Source of the DNA: Elusimicrobiota bacterium
GTDB taxonomy: Bacteria > Elusimicrobiota > Elusimicrobia > UBA1565
Reading direction: 5' to 3'
NCBI GenBank assembly: GCA_043819795.1
Contig: JBDREN010000049.1
Span: 2,379 to 66,378 of the forward strand
DNA length: 64,000 nt
Part shown: one piece after another, positions 28,617 through 38,357 of the stretch
How the letters are laid out: every line of letters starts with the position of its first letter
How positions within the stretch are numbered: the stretch's first letter is position 1
Translations under genes and position numbers: made by a program
The notes under the pieces: model-generated
Databases searched by the model: none
What the model saw: only the letters and a program-made list of their open reading frames with translations
Told to the model about the DNA's origin: nothing

Positions 28617-28814
28617 CTAATCCTTTCGATCCAGATCCTCTTCGGCCACGTCCTTCTCCTGCGCCCCCTCGTCCTCCTCGGCGGCATATTCGTCCGCCGT
28701 CTGCTCCTCCTCCTGCGGCGTGTCGTCGTACGCTTCCTCCGCCGGGCCGCGCGCGCAGCCCCAGGAGGCGGACATCAAGACCCACATCGCGAACAACACT
28801 CCAAGCTTCCTCAT
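28617..28814 (-). CDS. Small acidic lipoprotein (65 aa), hypothetical
   Basis: Strong RBS AGGAGGAGAATCGAGG before ATG 28814. Lipobox-like SASWGC, followed by a highly acidic E/D-rich tail. The track ORF extends further upstream to 29075 through a non-coding-looking leader. Confidence 0.45.
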   Translation of the reverse strand: MRKLGVLFAMWVLMSASWGCARGPAEEAYDDTPQEEEQTADEYAAEEDEGAQEKDVAEEDLDRKD

Positions 28815-28833
28815 CCTCGATTCTCCTCCTCCT

Positions 28834-29208
28834 TCAGAGGGGGGCTCTGGCGCCGTGCTTGCGGCGCGGCGCGGGCCGGCCGCCCTTCTTGTTTCTCGCC
28901 GGCCCGGCATCCGAGACGGTCCCGACGCGGAAATACCTCGACTTAGTCCTGCATGATCGGCCGTCTCCGCCTCCGGCCATCCGGGCCGCCAGCTTGTGCC
29001 TTCCGGGCCGCCCCGCCATCCAGTCGAACCACCAGTAGCCCACGGAAGGCCGGCAGTCCTGCCACGGCCCGTCATCGATAGATACCTCCACCGGCTTCCC
29101 GCCGGGGGAGTCGATGCGGACGGTGTAGTCGCCCGGGGCCACCATCTCGTTGAACCTCGGATAATCCACGCGGATCGTCCCGCGCGCCGCTACCTCTTCC
29201 ATCGGCAT
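28834..29208 (-). CDS. Hypothetical protein (124 aa)
   Basis: AAGGAGG lies 8 nt upstream of the ATG. Balanced composition in the N-terminal 80 aa with a basic C-terminus. No recognisable motif. Confidence 0.4.
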   Translation of the reverse strand: MPMEEVAARGTIRVDYPRFNEMVAPGDYTVRIDSPGGKPVEVSIDDGPWQDCRPSVGYWWFDWMAGRPGRHKLAARMAGGGDGRSCRTKSRYFRVGTVSDAGPARNKKGGRPAPRRKHGARAPL

Positions 29209-29286
29209 CCTCCTCGCCTCCTTATGCGGCCTTGCGCGACGGCTTCCGCCGTCCCTGAAATCACGTCGCGGTCCGGCTCCCCTGAT

Positions 29287-30006
29287 TCACAGCGTCCTCT
29301 CCGGAGGTCCCTCTTTGCCCTCCTCTTGGGGCGGAGGCTCTCGGTCCTGGCCGCCGCGCGGCTGGCGTTTCTTGACGGGGACGGGCGGACGGTCCCGCGG
29401 GCGGTCATCGGGAGCCGGTTGCGCGGAAGACGGCGCCGCGGGCTTTAAGGGGATCCTTTGGTGGTCCGCCCCGTAGCCGAATCGTTCCTCGCCGTCCACG
29501 CTGAAGAGCGCCTTGTCGGCCACGCGCCATGCCCCGTCCGTCCGGGCCAACGTGAAGTCCACCACCGCGCGGACGGGACGGTCGTCCAGCTCCAGGTCGC
29601 TGGGCTCCATGAACTCCGCGCGGAGGATGTACTTGTCCGCGCTTACCCGGCGCATCCCCGCGGGATCGATCCTCTTGAACTCCAGGAAGTACGTCTGATC
29701 GAAGGCGCCATCGTCGACGGGGAATAGTCCGCTGCCCTCGTCGACGGCATTCCGGATATGGGCGAGAAGTTCTTTGCGCAGGCTTCGCCGCAATTCCGAG
29801 TCCTCCGCGTTCGGCATCGGCGCGGGCTCTTTGACCGGGCTCCGTCCGGCGCCGCCGTCCGGCGCGGGCGCCGGACTCCGGGCGTCACCGTCGCGGGCTC
29901 GGGCATCGCCGCCGGGGAGCGCCTGCTGCCCCGCCACGGCGGCCGCGAGCACGGCGATCACGACGAGGCGATTCTTCATTGCGCGCCGCTGTTTCCCGAT
30001 GTGCAT
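29287..30006 (-). CDS. Hypothetical secreted protein (signal peptide; Pro/Arg-rich C-terminal tail)
   Basis: MKNRLVVIAVLAAAVAGQQALP signal-like segment. The start could be ATG 30006 or ATG 29979. No recognisable domain. Confidence 0.4.
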   Translation of the reverse strand: MHIGKQRRAMKNRLVVIAVLAAAVAGQQALPGGDARARDGDARSPAPAPDGGAGRSPVKEPAPMPNAEDSELRRSLRKELLAHIRNAVDEGSGLFPVDDGAFDQTYFLEFKRIDPAGMRRVSADKYILRAEFMEPSDLELDDRPVRAVVDFTLARTDGAWRVADKALFSVDGEERFGYGADHQRIPLKPAAPSSAQPAPDDRPRDRPPVPVKKRQPRGGQDREPPPQEEGKEGPPERTL

Positions 30007-30045
30007 ATTTACACTACGCGGTTGACGGCGGGAAGTTCCGGAGCG

Positions 30046-30083
30046 GCCTGCCGGTCAGCCTGCCGGTCAGGCCTGCCGGTCAG
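30046..30083. repeat. Three tandem direct repeats of (g)cctgccggtcag (12-13 bp period)
   Basis: gcctgccggtcag / cctgccggtcag / gcctgccggtcag read directly. They lie in the divergent intergenic region between 29287-30006 (minus) and 30196 (plus). Confidence 0.8.
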
Positions 30084-30195
30084 GGCGCAGGGCACAGGGT
30101 TGCCAAGCCGCTCCCGCAAGGTTAGAATCCGGGGGACGGCGAACGGGGTCTATGGCGAGCCCTGAGCCCGCGCCTTCCGGCGCAGGAGGAATACG

Positions 30196-30825
30196 ATGTT
30201 CATGAAGTTCAAGAAAGCCCTCTATAAAAATTTCATGGCCGGACTGCTGGTGGTCGTGCCGATCGGCGCGACCTGGATGATCCTGCGGTTCGTGGCGCGC
30301 AGGCTGGACGCCGTGCTGCCCCTGCCCGTCCCGGGCCTGGGCGTGGTGGTCGTCCTGGTCGTGATCGTGCTCGTCGGCGCGCTCGGCAGGCTGTTCGCCG
30401 TGCGCAGGGCGATCGACCTTGGCAACCGCTTCCTGGCCAGCGTGCCGCTGGTCAATAAGATATACGAGCCCTTGCGGCAGATCCTGCACTTTCTGCTGGC
30501 CAAGAAGCCCCATGCCTTCGGGCAGCCGGCCCTCATCGAGTTCCCGCGCAGGGGCATGCGCAGCCTGTGCTTCGTGACCGGGGCCGCTTCCGGGTCCGTC
30601 CGGGAAGCCATGGGCGAGGACTCCGTGCACGTGTTCTGTCCGACCTCGCCCAATCCCACCTCGGGCTTTCTCCTCGTCGTCCCCCGTAGGGACGTGGTCC
30701 TTCTGAGGATGGGCGTGGAGGAGGCGCTGCGCCTGATCCTCTCCGGGGGCATGGTCGGCGCCCAAGCCGCGCAGCCCAGGGCTCAAGCCGCAGGCGAGGA
30801 GCGCTCGCACGAGAAGCCCGATTGA
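30196..30825 (+). CDS. DUF502 family membrane protein
   Basis: Two N-terminal TM helices and a DUF502-like conserved core (PLVNKIYEPLRQIL...GFLLVVPRRDVV). Confidence 0.65.
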   Translation: MFMKFKKALYKNFMAGLLVVVPIGATWMILRFVARRLDAVLPLPVPGLGVVVVLVVIVLVGALGRLFAVRRAIDLGNRFLASVPLVNKIYEPLRQILHFLLAKKPHAFGQPALIEFPRRGMRSLCFVTGAASGSVREAMGEDSVHVFCPTSPNPTSGFLLVVPRRDVVLLRMGVEEALRLILSGGMVGAQAAQPRAQAAGEERSHEKPD

Positions 30826-30941
30826 CGGGCCCGTGGTTGGGCCGGCTCGTCCGTTGTCCGCCCGTCGGGAACTTCTTCACCGAGGCTCCGTAGTGCAGGC
30901 AGGACGCCTTCGGAGCGGGATGATTATCAGGGAGGATCCAT

Positions 30942-32255
30942 ATGCCCACGCGCACGTTGGCCGTTGCCGCCGTCCGGCAGCTGATCGAAGCCGATCCTAG
31001 ACGGGCCGCGTTCTTCCTAGAGGGCCTCGACATCAATGATGCGGGAGCCATGCTGGCCGCCTTGCCGCCGTCCTCCGCGCGCCGCCTCTTCAAGCACCTC
31101 CAGCCCGCCTTCGCGGGCAGGATGCTGAGCGCCTTGCGGCCGGACAGTGTCGCCGCGGTCCTGGAGAGTGTCGAGCCCGAAGCCGCGGTCGATGCCTTCC
31201 GCTCCATGGAGAACGGGGTCCGTCAGACGGTGCTGGGCGCTCTTTCCGAGCAGAGGAAGATCGCGCTTCAGGAGCTGTTGGCCTATCCGGAAGGGAGCGC
31301 GGGCAGGCTCATGAGCACCGACGTCGTGTCCTTCATCCAGGGGACCAAGGTGCGCGAAGTCATCCAGAGGCTGCGCGCGGCCGTCAGGAAGGGCTCGTCG
31401 CCGACGTACGCCTACGTCGTCGATGAGGACCGGAAGCTCAAGGGGGTCCTGGTGATGCGGGACCTGCTCTTCGCGGATTCGGGCGCGCCGATCGAGAGCG
31501 TGATGAGCCCGGGGGTCAAGGCCGTATCCGGCTTCACGGACCGCGAGGATTTGGTCCAGCTGGCCAAGGAGAGACGCTACCTCTCGGTGCCGGTGGTGGA
31601 CGCGGACGGACGGATCCTCGGCTCGGTGCGCATGGCCGAGCTCCTGGAGTCCAGCCAGGAGGAGGCCGGCGAGGACATCCAGCTCATGTTCGGCGGGAGC
31701 GCGGACGAGAGGCCGTTCTCTCCGGTCTCGTTCAAGCTGGCGCGAAGGCTGCCGTGGCTCCATGTGAACCTCGTTACGGCCTTCATGGCCGGGGCGGTGG
31801 TGGCCCTCTTCGAGGGACTGATCAGCCAGCTGGCCGTGCTCGCGGTGTTCCTGCCGATCATCGCGGGGCAGGGGGGCAACGCCGGGACCCAGACGCTGTC
31901 CGTGGTCCTGCGCGGCCTCATCATGCGGGAGATCCGGCCCCGGGACGCTTGGCGCGCGATCGTCAGGGAGTCGGGGGTGGGCGCGATCACCGGCCTGGTC
32001 ACGGGCGTGGTGACCGCAGGCGTGGCGTGGCTGTGGAAGGGGAACCTGTTTCTGGGGCTCGTCGTGGGGCTCGCCATGATCGTGAACCTGGTCGCGGCGG
32101 GGGCCGCGGGCGCGGTCATACCGCTGGCCATGAAGAGGCTCGGCTTCGACCCGGCCCAATCCTCGGGCATCATCCTTACCACGGTGACGGACGTCGTCGG
32201 TTTCTTCGCCTTCCTGGGCTTCGCGTTCCTGTTCCGGAGCCGGCTCATCGGATGA
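30942..32255 (+). CDS. mgtE: Magnesium transporter MgtE
   Basis: MgtE N-domain, tandem CBS-like region (VVDEDRKLKGVLVMRDLL, SVPVVDADGRILGSVRMAELL) and C-terminal 5-TM MgtE pore domain (PIIAGQGGNAGTQT). Confidence 0.85.
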   Translation: MPTRTLAVAAVRQLIEADPRRAAFFLEGLDINDAGAMLAALPPSSARRLFKHLQPAFAGRMLSALRPDSVAAVLESVEPEAAVDAFRSMENGVRQTVLGALSEQRKIALQELLAYPEGSAGRLMSTDVVSFIQGTKVREVIQRLRAAVRKGSSPTYAYVVDEDRKLKGVLVMRDLLFADSGAPIESVMSPGVKAVSGFTDREDLVQLAKERRYLSVPVVDADGRILGSVRMAELLESSQEEAGEDIQLMFGGSADERPFSPVSFKLARRLPWLHVNLVTAFMAGAVVALFEGLISQLAVLAVFLPIIAGQGGNAGTQTLSVVLRGLIMREIRPRDAWRAIVRESGVGAITGLVTGVVTAGVAWLWKGNLFLGLVVGLAMIVNLVAAGAAGAVIPLAMKRLGFDPAQSSGIILTTVTDVVGFFAFLGFAFLFRSRLIG

Positions 32256-32268
32256 GCGCGCGCCGCGA

Positions 32269-35200
32269 TCACCGGAAGGCGAAGTTGAGCAGGATGTCGA
32301 TGACGTACGTGCCGTCGCTCGAGTCGCGGCCCTCCAGGCTCCAGCGGGGCGAGAGCGTGTAACGCGCCTCGACGCGCCTCTGCCCCGCGGGTCCCAGCGT
32401 CTGGCCGTAGGTCACGAAGAGCCGCTTCGTGAGATACTTCCCGGCGGTCACGTCCGCTTCCCGCGCCCCCCTGGCACGCACCTGGAAGGTGTCGATCTTG
32501 GCCTTGCGGATGACGTGCCGATGGAGGCTCCGGGAGACGTACTCGGTGAACAGCCGGGCCGCTTCCTCCCGCTTCTTCTTGGAGTCGCTCTCCGATCCCA
32601 GATCGTAGACGGGCTTTCCCAGGGTGAGCATGGAGATGATGTCGCGCTGCTCCATGGGGGGCTCCGAGCTCAGAGACACGACGGGCCGGCTGGCCGTGCC
32701 GCTCAGGTCAAGGAAGACCTTGGCCCGCGTGCCCTGGTCCACGTAGACGGCTCGGACGTCGATGGTGGGATCCGGGGGAGCCGCGCCCGAGAACTCGGCG
32801 CGCCCTTCCCGGATATCGAACGGCCGGCCGTAGATGACGTAGCGGCCCTGCAGGGTCCGCACCGCGCCCAGGATCCGGGCGGGCTCGCTTTGCTCTTTCT
32901 TCACGAGGAGCTCGCCTTTGGTCTCTATGTCGCTCGCGCCCTGCCGGAACCAGGCGTTCCTGTCGAAGCGCACGCGCAGGTCGAGCTGCAGCGGGGACAT
33001 CTCCGCCCGCGCGGAAGCCTTCAACTCCCGGGCCCCGCGCGCGGGGGCGCGCGGGGAGGCCGGAGCCTCGGGCTTCTTGGGGGGCGGCATGAATTCGGCC
33101 TCGGAGAGCGCGATCGTCCCTCCCACCCGGAGGGCTTTCCAGGCTCCTTTCAGGCCGACGTCGAGGTCCGCCTCTCCCGAGAGGCCGGCCTCGGAGCGGA
33201 AAGGAAGGTTCCGCGCCGAGACGAGTAGATCAGGCCCGTCCAGCCCGGCCTCGCCGGACAGCGTCAGGGTCCCGCGCGGCTCCTCTATCTTCCGTTCGAA
33301 TATCCCGGAGAGCCTTCGGGCGACGCGCCGCAGCAGGCCGGCCAGCGGCGGCTCCTGTCCCAGAGGGACCGCCGATCCCCGCAACGACAGGGCCGGTCGT
33401 CCTTCTCCAACGGCGCTTAGGGTCACGCCGGTCAGCGTTATCCCGGCCGCGGGGATGCGGACGGCTTCCGCGCGCAGAGCCGCCTCGCCGTCGCAGAACG
33501 GCGCGCCGGCGCGCCGGCCGACGCGCATCCGCCCCGAGAGCCGGCTTGACTCCGGAACGATCGCGTCGGACCAAGCGGCCAGGGGAGCGGGATCGAACCC
33601 GTCCGCTTCCAGGTCCACGAGGAAGTCGGGGGTCTCGCCCCCGCCGAAAGCCAGCGGCGCCGTGCCGCGGAGGGTCAGCGTTCCCCCTCCGGATTCCCAG
33701 AGCAGAGTCTCGACGCGCAGGGTCTTCCCGTCGGAGGAGAGCCTGCCAGAAATGTCGCCCAGCGGCCGTCTCCGCCAATGCCCGTCTCGGAGCCGGAAGG
33801 CCGCCTTCCCCGACGGCGCGGACAGCGCGCCTTTCAGCTCGATCGCGGCGTCCACCTCTCCGTCCAATGGGACCGTGCGGACGCCTATGTGCCGCAGAAA
33901 GGCGGGGTCGAAGCCGGACGCGGTCATCCGGAGGCGCTCGAAGATGGTCCCCCTCGCGGCCGCGTCGACCGCGAGCCGCGCCTTCCCATCCGAGACCGCG
34001 AGGCTCGAGACCGACCAGGCGCCGGACCCGATCTCGGTCTTGAACGGCGTCGAGCTGCGGTATACCCGCCCCGCGTATGCTTGAAGCTCTTTCCAACGCA
34101 CGGTCCAGACGCCGCCGGCGAGCGCGCCGCTCCCTCTCGCCGCCAAAGTACCGCCGGAGACCGCCGCCTCCCAATCGGTCGTGTGCGAGGAGGTCGAGCC
34201 TGAGAGGGATACCCGCGCCTCATCCAGGGAGACCGCCCCGGCGCGCAGTCCCGCCGCGACCACCCGCACGTCCATGACGGCCGGCCGCAAGCCGCGGCCC
34301 GCGGCGGTGAATGCCGCGCTGGAGAGGCGGATGGTTTCGTGGTCCAGGCCTTCCATCCGGCCTTCGGCCCGCCATCGCAAGGCCGGCCACGTTCCGGAGA
34401 CCGATCCCGCGGCCCGCATCCCCGCCGCCCAGGTCCCGGCCAGGCGTCGGATCGCGGCCGCGTCCGCCTCCAGCGTCCAGGTCGCCCGAACGACGCCGGA
34501 CTCGAAGGAGCCTAGGGAGGAGGCGGAGGCTCCCGCCGTGGAGAGCTCCACGCGCCAGTCCGTTCTTCCCTCCGCCGTATGTCCCTTCGCCTGGAGGCGG
34601 AGGCCTCCCTCCTCTTGCAGATCGAACAGGCCCGCGGATATTCCTCCCGGACCGGGACCGCCGCCCTTTGCCTGGAGGTCGCCGGAGACGGGCGCGATCC
34701 GGAAAGGCAGGGCGATCATCAAGTCGGCCGGGTCCAGCCGGGCCAGGTTCCCCTGGAAATGCCAGGCGTTCTCCTTGTCCGAGCGGGCGGCGACAGAGAG
34801 CGACGGTTTCCGTCGCTTCTTGATCTCGGCGTTGGCCTTCCAGCCTTCCGCATCGCGGGTCCACCGGAAGGACCCCTCGATGTCGCGGTCCCAGCGCAGG
34901 GTCGTGTTCACGGAGAGAGGGGCAAAACCGACCGTGCCTGTGGCATTCATCTCCCGCCCCGCCATGCGCCACGTGGCTGATTCGAGGTGAACGCGCTCTT
35001 CGTCCACGCGCAGGCGGGCGTCCAGACGTTCGATCCGGCCGGGCAGGATCGCGGAAGGGGGCTCCCATATGATGGCCCCCTCCTGGATGCTGGCTCGGAG
35101 GAGGGATATGATCCAGGCCGGCTTCTTGCGCGCGGAAGAATCCGGCAGGGATGTTTCCCCGGGCGGTTTGAGCCGCAGGGTCGGCCGGGTCAGCGCCAGC

Positions 35201-35493
35201 GATGTCACGATCACGCGCTTGCGCAACAAAGACTTCGCGTCTACCTTCATGGCCAAGCGGGGAACCGCGAGGACGCCTGCGGGCCAGCTCAGCTCGACGT
35301 CGTGGAGCACGAGGCCTTCGGCGGGGCTTCCCGATACGCCGCCGACTTCCACGCGCACGCCCGTCCGGGCCTCGAGCCAGGAGGCCGCTTTTTCGACGAA
35401 CGGTCCCGGAATCCTGAGCGCCGCGGTCGCCGGCCCGGCGACGGCCGCCATCGCCGCCGCGAGGAGCGCAAAGTGAAGGGGCTTGCGGCCCAT
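32269..35493 (-). CDS. tamB: Translocation and assembly module subunit TamB (DUF490 C-terminus)
   Basis: N-terminal signal-anchor MGRKPLHFALLAAAMAAVAG, >1000 aa beta-rich body and DUF490-like C-terminus. I set the start to ATG 35491-35493, which overlaps the tamA stop (ATGA); the track ORF continues to 36213 in a non-homologous leader. Confidence 0.75.
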   Translation of the reverse strand: MGRKPLHFALLAAAMAAVAGPATAALRIPGPFVEKAASWLEARTGVRVEVGGVSGSPAEGLVLHDVELSWPAGVLAVPRLAMKVDAKSLLRKRVIVTSLALTRPTLRLKPPGETSLPDSSARKKPAWIISLLRASIQEGAIIWEPPSAILPGRIERLDARLRVDEERVHLESATWRMAGREMNATGTVGFAPLSVNTTLRWDRDIEGSFRWTRDAEGWKANAEIKKRRKPSLSVAARSDKENAWHFQGNLARLDPADLMIALPFRIAPVSGDLQAKGGGPGPGGISAGLFDLQEEGGLRLQAKGHTAEGRTDWRVELSTAGASASSLGSFESGVVRATWTLEADAAAIRRLAGTWAAGMRAAGSVSGTWPALRWRAEGRMEGLDHETIRLSSAAFTAAGRGLRPAVMDVRVVAAGLRAGAVSLDEARVSLSGSTSSHTTDWEAAVSGGTLAARGSGALAGGVWTVRWKELQAYAGRVYRSSTPFKTEIGSGAWSVSSLAVSDGKARLAVDAAARGTIFERLRMTASGFDPAFLRHIGVRTVPLDGEVDAAIELKGALSAPSGKAAFRLRDGHWRRRPLGDISGRLSSDGKTLRVETLLWESGGGTLTLRGTAPLAFGGGETPDFLVDLEADGFDPAPLAAWSDAIVPESSRLSGRMRVGRRAGAPFCDGEAALRAEAVRIPAAGITLTGVTLSAVGEGRPALSLRGSAVPLGQEPPLAGLLRRVARRLSGIFERKIEEPRGTLTLSGEAGLDGPDLLVSARNLPFRSEAGLSGEADLDVGLKGAWKALRVGGTIALSEAEFMPPPKKPEAPASPRAPARGARELKASARAEMSPLQLDLRVRFDRNAWFRQGASDIETKGELLVKKEQSEPARILGAVRTLQGRYVIYGRPFDIREGRAEFSGAAPPDPTIDVRAVYVDQGTRAKVFLDLSGTASRPVVSLSSEPPMEQRDIISMLTLGKPVYDLGSESDSKKKREEAARLFTEYVSRSLHRHVIRKAKIDTFQVRARGAREADVTAGKYLTKRLFVTYGQTLGPAGQRRVEARYTLSPRWSLEGRDSSDGTYVIDILLNFAFR

Positions 35494-37022
35494 CAGAAGG
35501 CCTCCCCCAGGCTGAAGTGGACGCGCCAGTCCGAGCCGTCGGCGGGCTGCCGGCTGAGCTTGTAGCCCGCGTCCAGCCGCAGCGGGCCGACCGGCGTCCT
35601 CAGGCGCAGCCCGAAGCCCGTCCCGTAGCGCCACTGGCCCGGGACCGCGAGGTCCTCGTGCGCGGCTACTTGGCCGCCGTCCACGAACACCGCCCCCCAG
35701 AACCGCCATGCGAGGGGGAAGCGCAGCTCCGCGTTGGCGCCCGTCATCACGTTCCCGCCCAGGGGCGCGCCCAGGCTGTCCACGGGCCCCACGCCGCGCT
35801 CGCGGTAGCCGCGGACCGTGTTCGCGCCCCCCATGAAGAAGCGCTCGTAGACCGGGACCTCCGACGCGCGTCCGAACTGACGTACGACTCCGGCGCGAGC
35901 CGAGAAGGCGGCGGTGAGCCTCTTCCATGGCGTCCAGTAACGGGACGCTTCCAGGCTCGCCCGGTTGAGGTGGACGTCGCCGCCCAGCACGCCGCCGGAG
36001 CGCTCGATGCGTCCCTGCAGGAGAGCCCCCTTGGTCGGGAAGAAGGGATCGTCGGTCGTGTCCCGGTTGGCGAGCAGGGCGACGGAGCTGGCCAGGTCGT
36101 GACGCCGCGCGGACGCGGCGGTTTCCGGGTTCAGGTTGAAGAGCGCCGAGCGCTGGAGCTTGTACAGGAAGGTCCCCCGGAGCCGGTAAGGCAGCGCCCG
36201 GCCCAGGCTGCACTGCCCCCCGGCCCTTTCGATGTCGTAGCCGCGGCGGTCTTCCCTGCGCCAGGAGGCCTGAAGGCGGTTCTCGATATCGGTTCCGAGG
36301 AGGTGGCGGTTGACGAACTCGCCGCGGTACTCCAGCCAGATGCGGGAGTAGAGGGCGCCGAACTCGGTCCGGTAGGCGCGTCCCAGGAAGTTGCCGTGCG
36401 TGAGCCGGGCCGAGAAGCGCTCCTGCTCTTCGGACCCGTAACCGACGCCGGTGTTGACCGACTTCATCGGCTTCTCTTGAAGCCCGATGAGGACCTCCGC
36501 CGTTTTCGCCGCCGTCGTGGAGGCGCGGATGCTCAGGTCCTCGAAGAAGCCGAGGCCGTAGAGACGGCTCTGGGCCGTGAAGAGGAGCGGCCTCTCGTAC
36601 GGGTCGCCCGGGCGGTAGGGCAGTTCCCTGCGGACATGCTTCTCCTTGACGGCGCTGAGCCCTTCGATGCGTGTCTCCCCGAAGCGGTAGAGGGGGCCTT
36701 CCGTCGACCGGAGCGTCAGCTCGAACGCTCCCTCCCGCCGGACCACCCGGCTCTCCACCGAGGCCTCCAGGTATCCGCTGTTCTGCAGAAGAGAGAGGAG
36801 GCTCTCGGTCGCGAAGTCCACCTTGGCGGGTTCGTAGGGATCGCCCGCGTGGACCGCGACCGCCGCGTCCACTCTGGACCGCGGGAGCGAAGGCGCGCCT
36901 TCGATCAGGACCGACGAGAAGGTGGTGGTGGATGCGGGAGCGGCGTCGGCGCCGGCCCAGGAAGGACTCCGTGCCGAGAGAGCGCCGATGACGGCCGCGG
37001 CTAGGAAGAGAGAGCGCGTCAT
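35493..37022 (-). CDS. tamA: Omp85-family outer-membrane protein TamA/BamA-like (POTRA domains plus D15 beta-barrel)
   Basis: Signal peptide MTRSLFLAAAVIGALSA, POTRA-like repeats and a C-terminal barrel ending ...VHFSLGEAF. Start set at ATG 37022; the track ORF extends to 37679. Confidence 0.75.
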   Translation of the reverse strand: MTRSLFLAAAVIGALSARSPSWAGADAAPASTTTFSSVLIEGAPSLPRSRVDAAVAVHAGDPYEPAKVDFATESLLSLLQNSGYLEASVESRVVRREGAFELTLRSTEGPLYRFGETRIEGLSAVKEKHVRRELPYRPGDPYERPLLFTAQSRLYGLGFFEDLSIRASTTAAKTAEVLIGLQEKPMKSVNTGVGYGSEEQERFSARLTHGNFLGRAYRTEFGALYSRIWLEYRGEFVNRHLLGTDIENRLQASWRREDRRGYDIERAGGQCSLGRALPYRLRGTFLYKLQRSALFNLNPETAASARRHDLASSVALLANRDTTDDPFFPTKGALLQGRIERSGGVLGGDVHLNRASLEASRYWTPWKRLTAAFSARAGVVRQFGRASEVPVYERFFMGGANTVRGYRERGVGPVDSLGAPLGGNVMTGANAELRFPLAWRFWGAVFVDGGQVAAHEDLAVPGQWRYGTGFGLRLRTPVGPLRLDAGYKLSRQPADGSDWRVHFSLGEAF

Positions 37023-37075
37023 GAAGGGCAACCCTTTGGATCCTCCGCTCGGGCCGTGGGCCGAGATCGCGCGCT

Positions 37076-38254
37076 TCAGGACCTTTCGGCCCCGGCGCCG
37101 AATGCGTGCATCTTGTCCACGACCGCGGGGATCTCCTCCGCCGACACGTTTCCCAGGGCTAACCGGACGCAGCGCTCTTGTCCGGGACCGAAGAAGGTCC
37201 CCGGCAGCATGATGATGTTCTCTTTCCGGAGGAAGCCGCGGCAGATCTCGTCGGCCGAGGCGCACATGTCGGACTCCAGGTAGACGAAGAAGGCGCCGGC
37301 GGCGCGCAGGCGGAAGCGCGATGGCCGGCTCGCGAAAGCGTCTTGGAAGGCCTTCAGCCGGGCGCGCATCATCTCGATCTTCCCCTCGAGCCAGGCCCTG
37401 GAGGCGCGCAAGCCCCCGAGCGCCGCGGCCTGGCCTATGCTCGGGGCGCAGATGACGTTGGTGTCGTGGACCTTCATGAACTCGCGGAGGAACCGCGTGG
37501 AGGCCGCTACGAAGCCCACGCGCAAGCCCGTCAGGCTGAAGGTCTTGGAGTAGGAATGGACGGCGACCGCGTGCTCCTCGAAGCCCTCGATGTTCAGTAC
37601 CGAGGCGGGCCGAGGATAGGCGTCGTGGAAGTAGTTGTAGACCTCGTCGGAGATGAGGACGACCCCGCGCTCGCGGCACAGCGCGAAGAGGGCGTCGACC
37701 TCCTCCTGAGCGCTGGACCTCCCGGTGGGGTTGCAGGGATTGACCAGGACGACGGCCCGGGTTCTGGGGCCCAGGGCCCTCTCGATCTCAGCCAAGGGCA
37801 GGGGGAAGCCGGCCGCGGGGTCCCGCACGATCTCCACCGGCTTGAGGCCGCGGATGACCGCCGCCATGTAGTAGTTGAAATAGTAAGGCGCCAGGAATAC
37901 GATCTCGTCGCCCGCCTCGGCCAGGGTGTTCAGGACGGAGAAGAACGCGTTATTGGCTCCGGCCGTGAGGCAGATGCTCTCCGCCGCGGGGGGGCGGGCG
38001 TAGAGCCTTCCTAGCTCCTGGGCGATGGCCTCTCTGAGCTCTCGCGTGCCCTCGTCCGCGGTGTAGTGCGAGTAGTCGTCCGTGTTCAGGAACCTCTTGA
38101 GAGCGAGGCGGATCTCTTCGGGAGGGGGGTAGTCGGGTACGGCCTGGCTCAGGTCGTAGACCTTCTTGGCCGGGTCCGTCGTCTTCTCGGCCAGGTCCTT
38201 GAAGTCGCAGATGGGAGGATAGTATAGGTCTCGGATGGCTTTGGGCAGGTCCAT
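37076..38254 (-). CDS. Pyridoxal-phosphate-dependent aminotransferase, class I/II
   Basis: SYSKTFSLTGLRVG (PLP-lysine motif), NPCNPTG. Start set at ATG 38254 (MDLPKAIRDL). Confidence 0.8.
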   Translation of the reverse strand: MDLPKAIRDLYYPPICDFKDLAEKTTDPAKKVYDLSQAVPDYPPPEEIRLALKRFLNTDDYSHYTADEGTRELREAIAQELGRLYARPPAAESICLTAGANNAFFSVLNTLAEAGDEIVFLAPYYFNYYMAAVIRGLKPVEIVRDPAAGFPLPLAEIERALGPRTRAVVLVNPCNPTGRSSAQEEVDALFALCRERGVVLISDEVYNYFHDAYPRPASVLNIEGFEEHAVAVHSYSKTFSLTGLRVGFVAASTRFLREFMKVHDTNVICAPSIGQAAALGGLRASRAWLEGKIEMMRARLKAFQDAFASRPSRFRLRAAGAFFVYLESDMCASADEICRGFLRKENIIMLPGTFFGPGQERCVRLALGNVSAEEIPAVVDKMHAFGAGAERS

Positions 38255-38357
38255 AGCTGATGGCCAGTATATTAAAAAAACGCGGCCATAGCTCAGCTTC
38301 TCGTCGCACGGTTTTGTATTATGCTGGACCGACGCATCGCAGTCCGGAGGCGTGCCC

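Noticed and set aside
38255-38357. Possible purine riboswitch upstream of the NCS2 nucleobase permease
   Set aside because: The leader is only ~100 nt and lacks the conserved UAUA / GGUUUCUACC / CCGUAAAU-type blocks of the purine aptamer.
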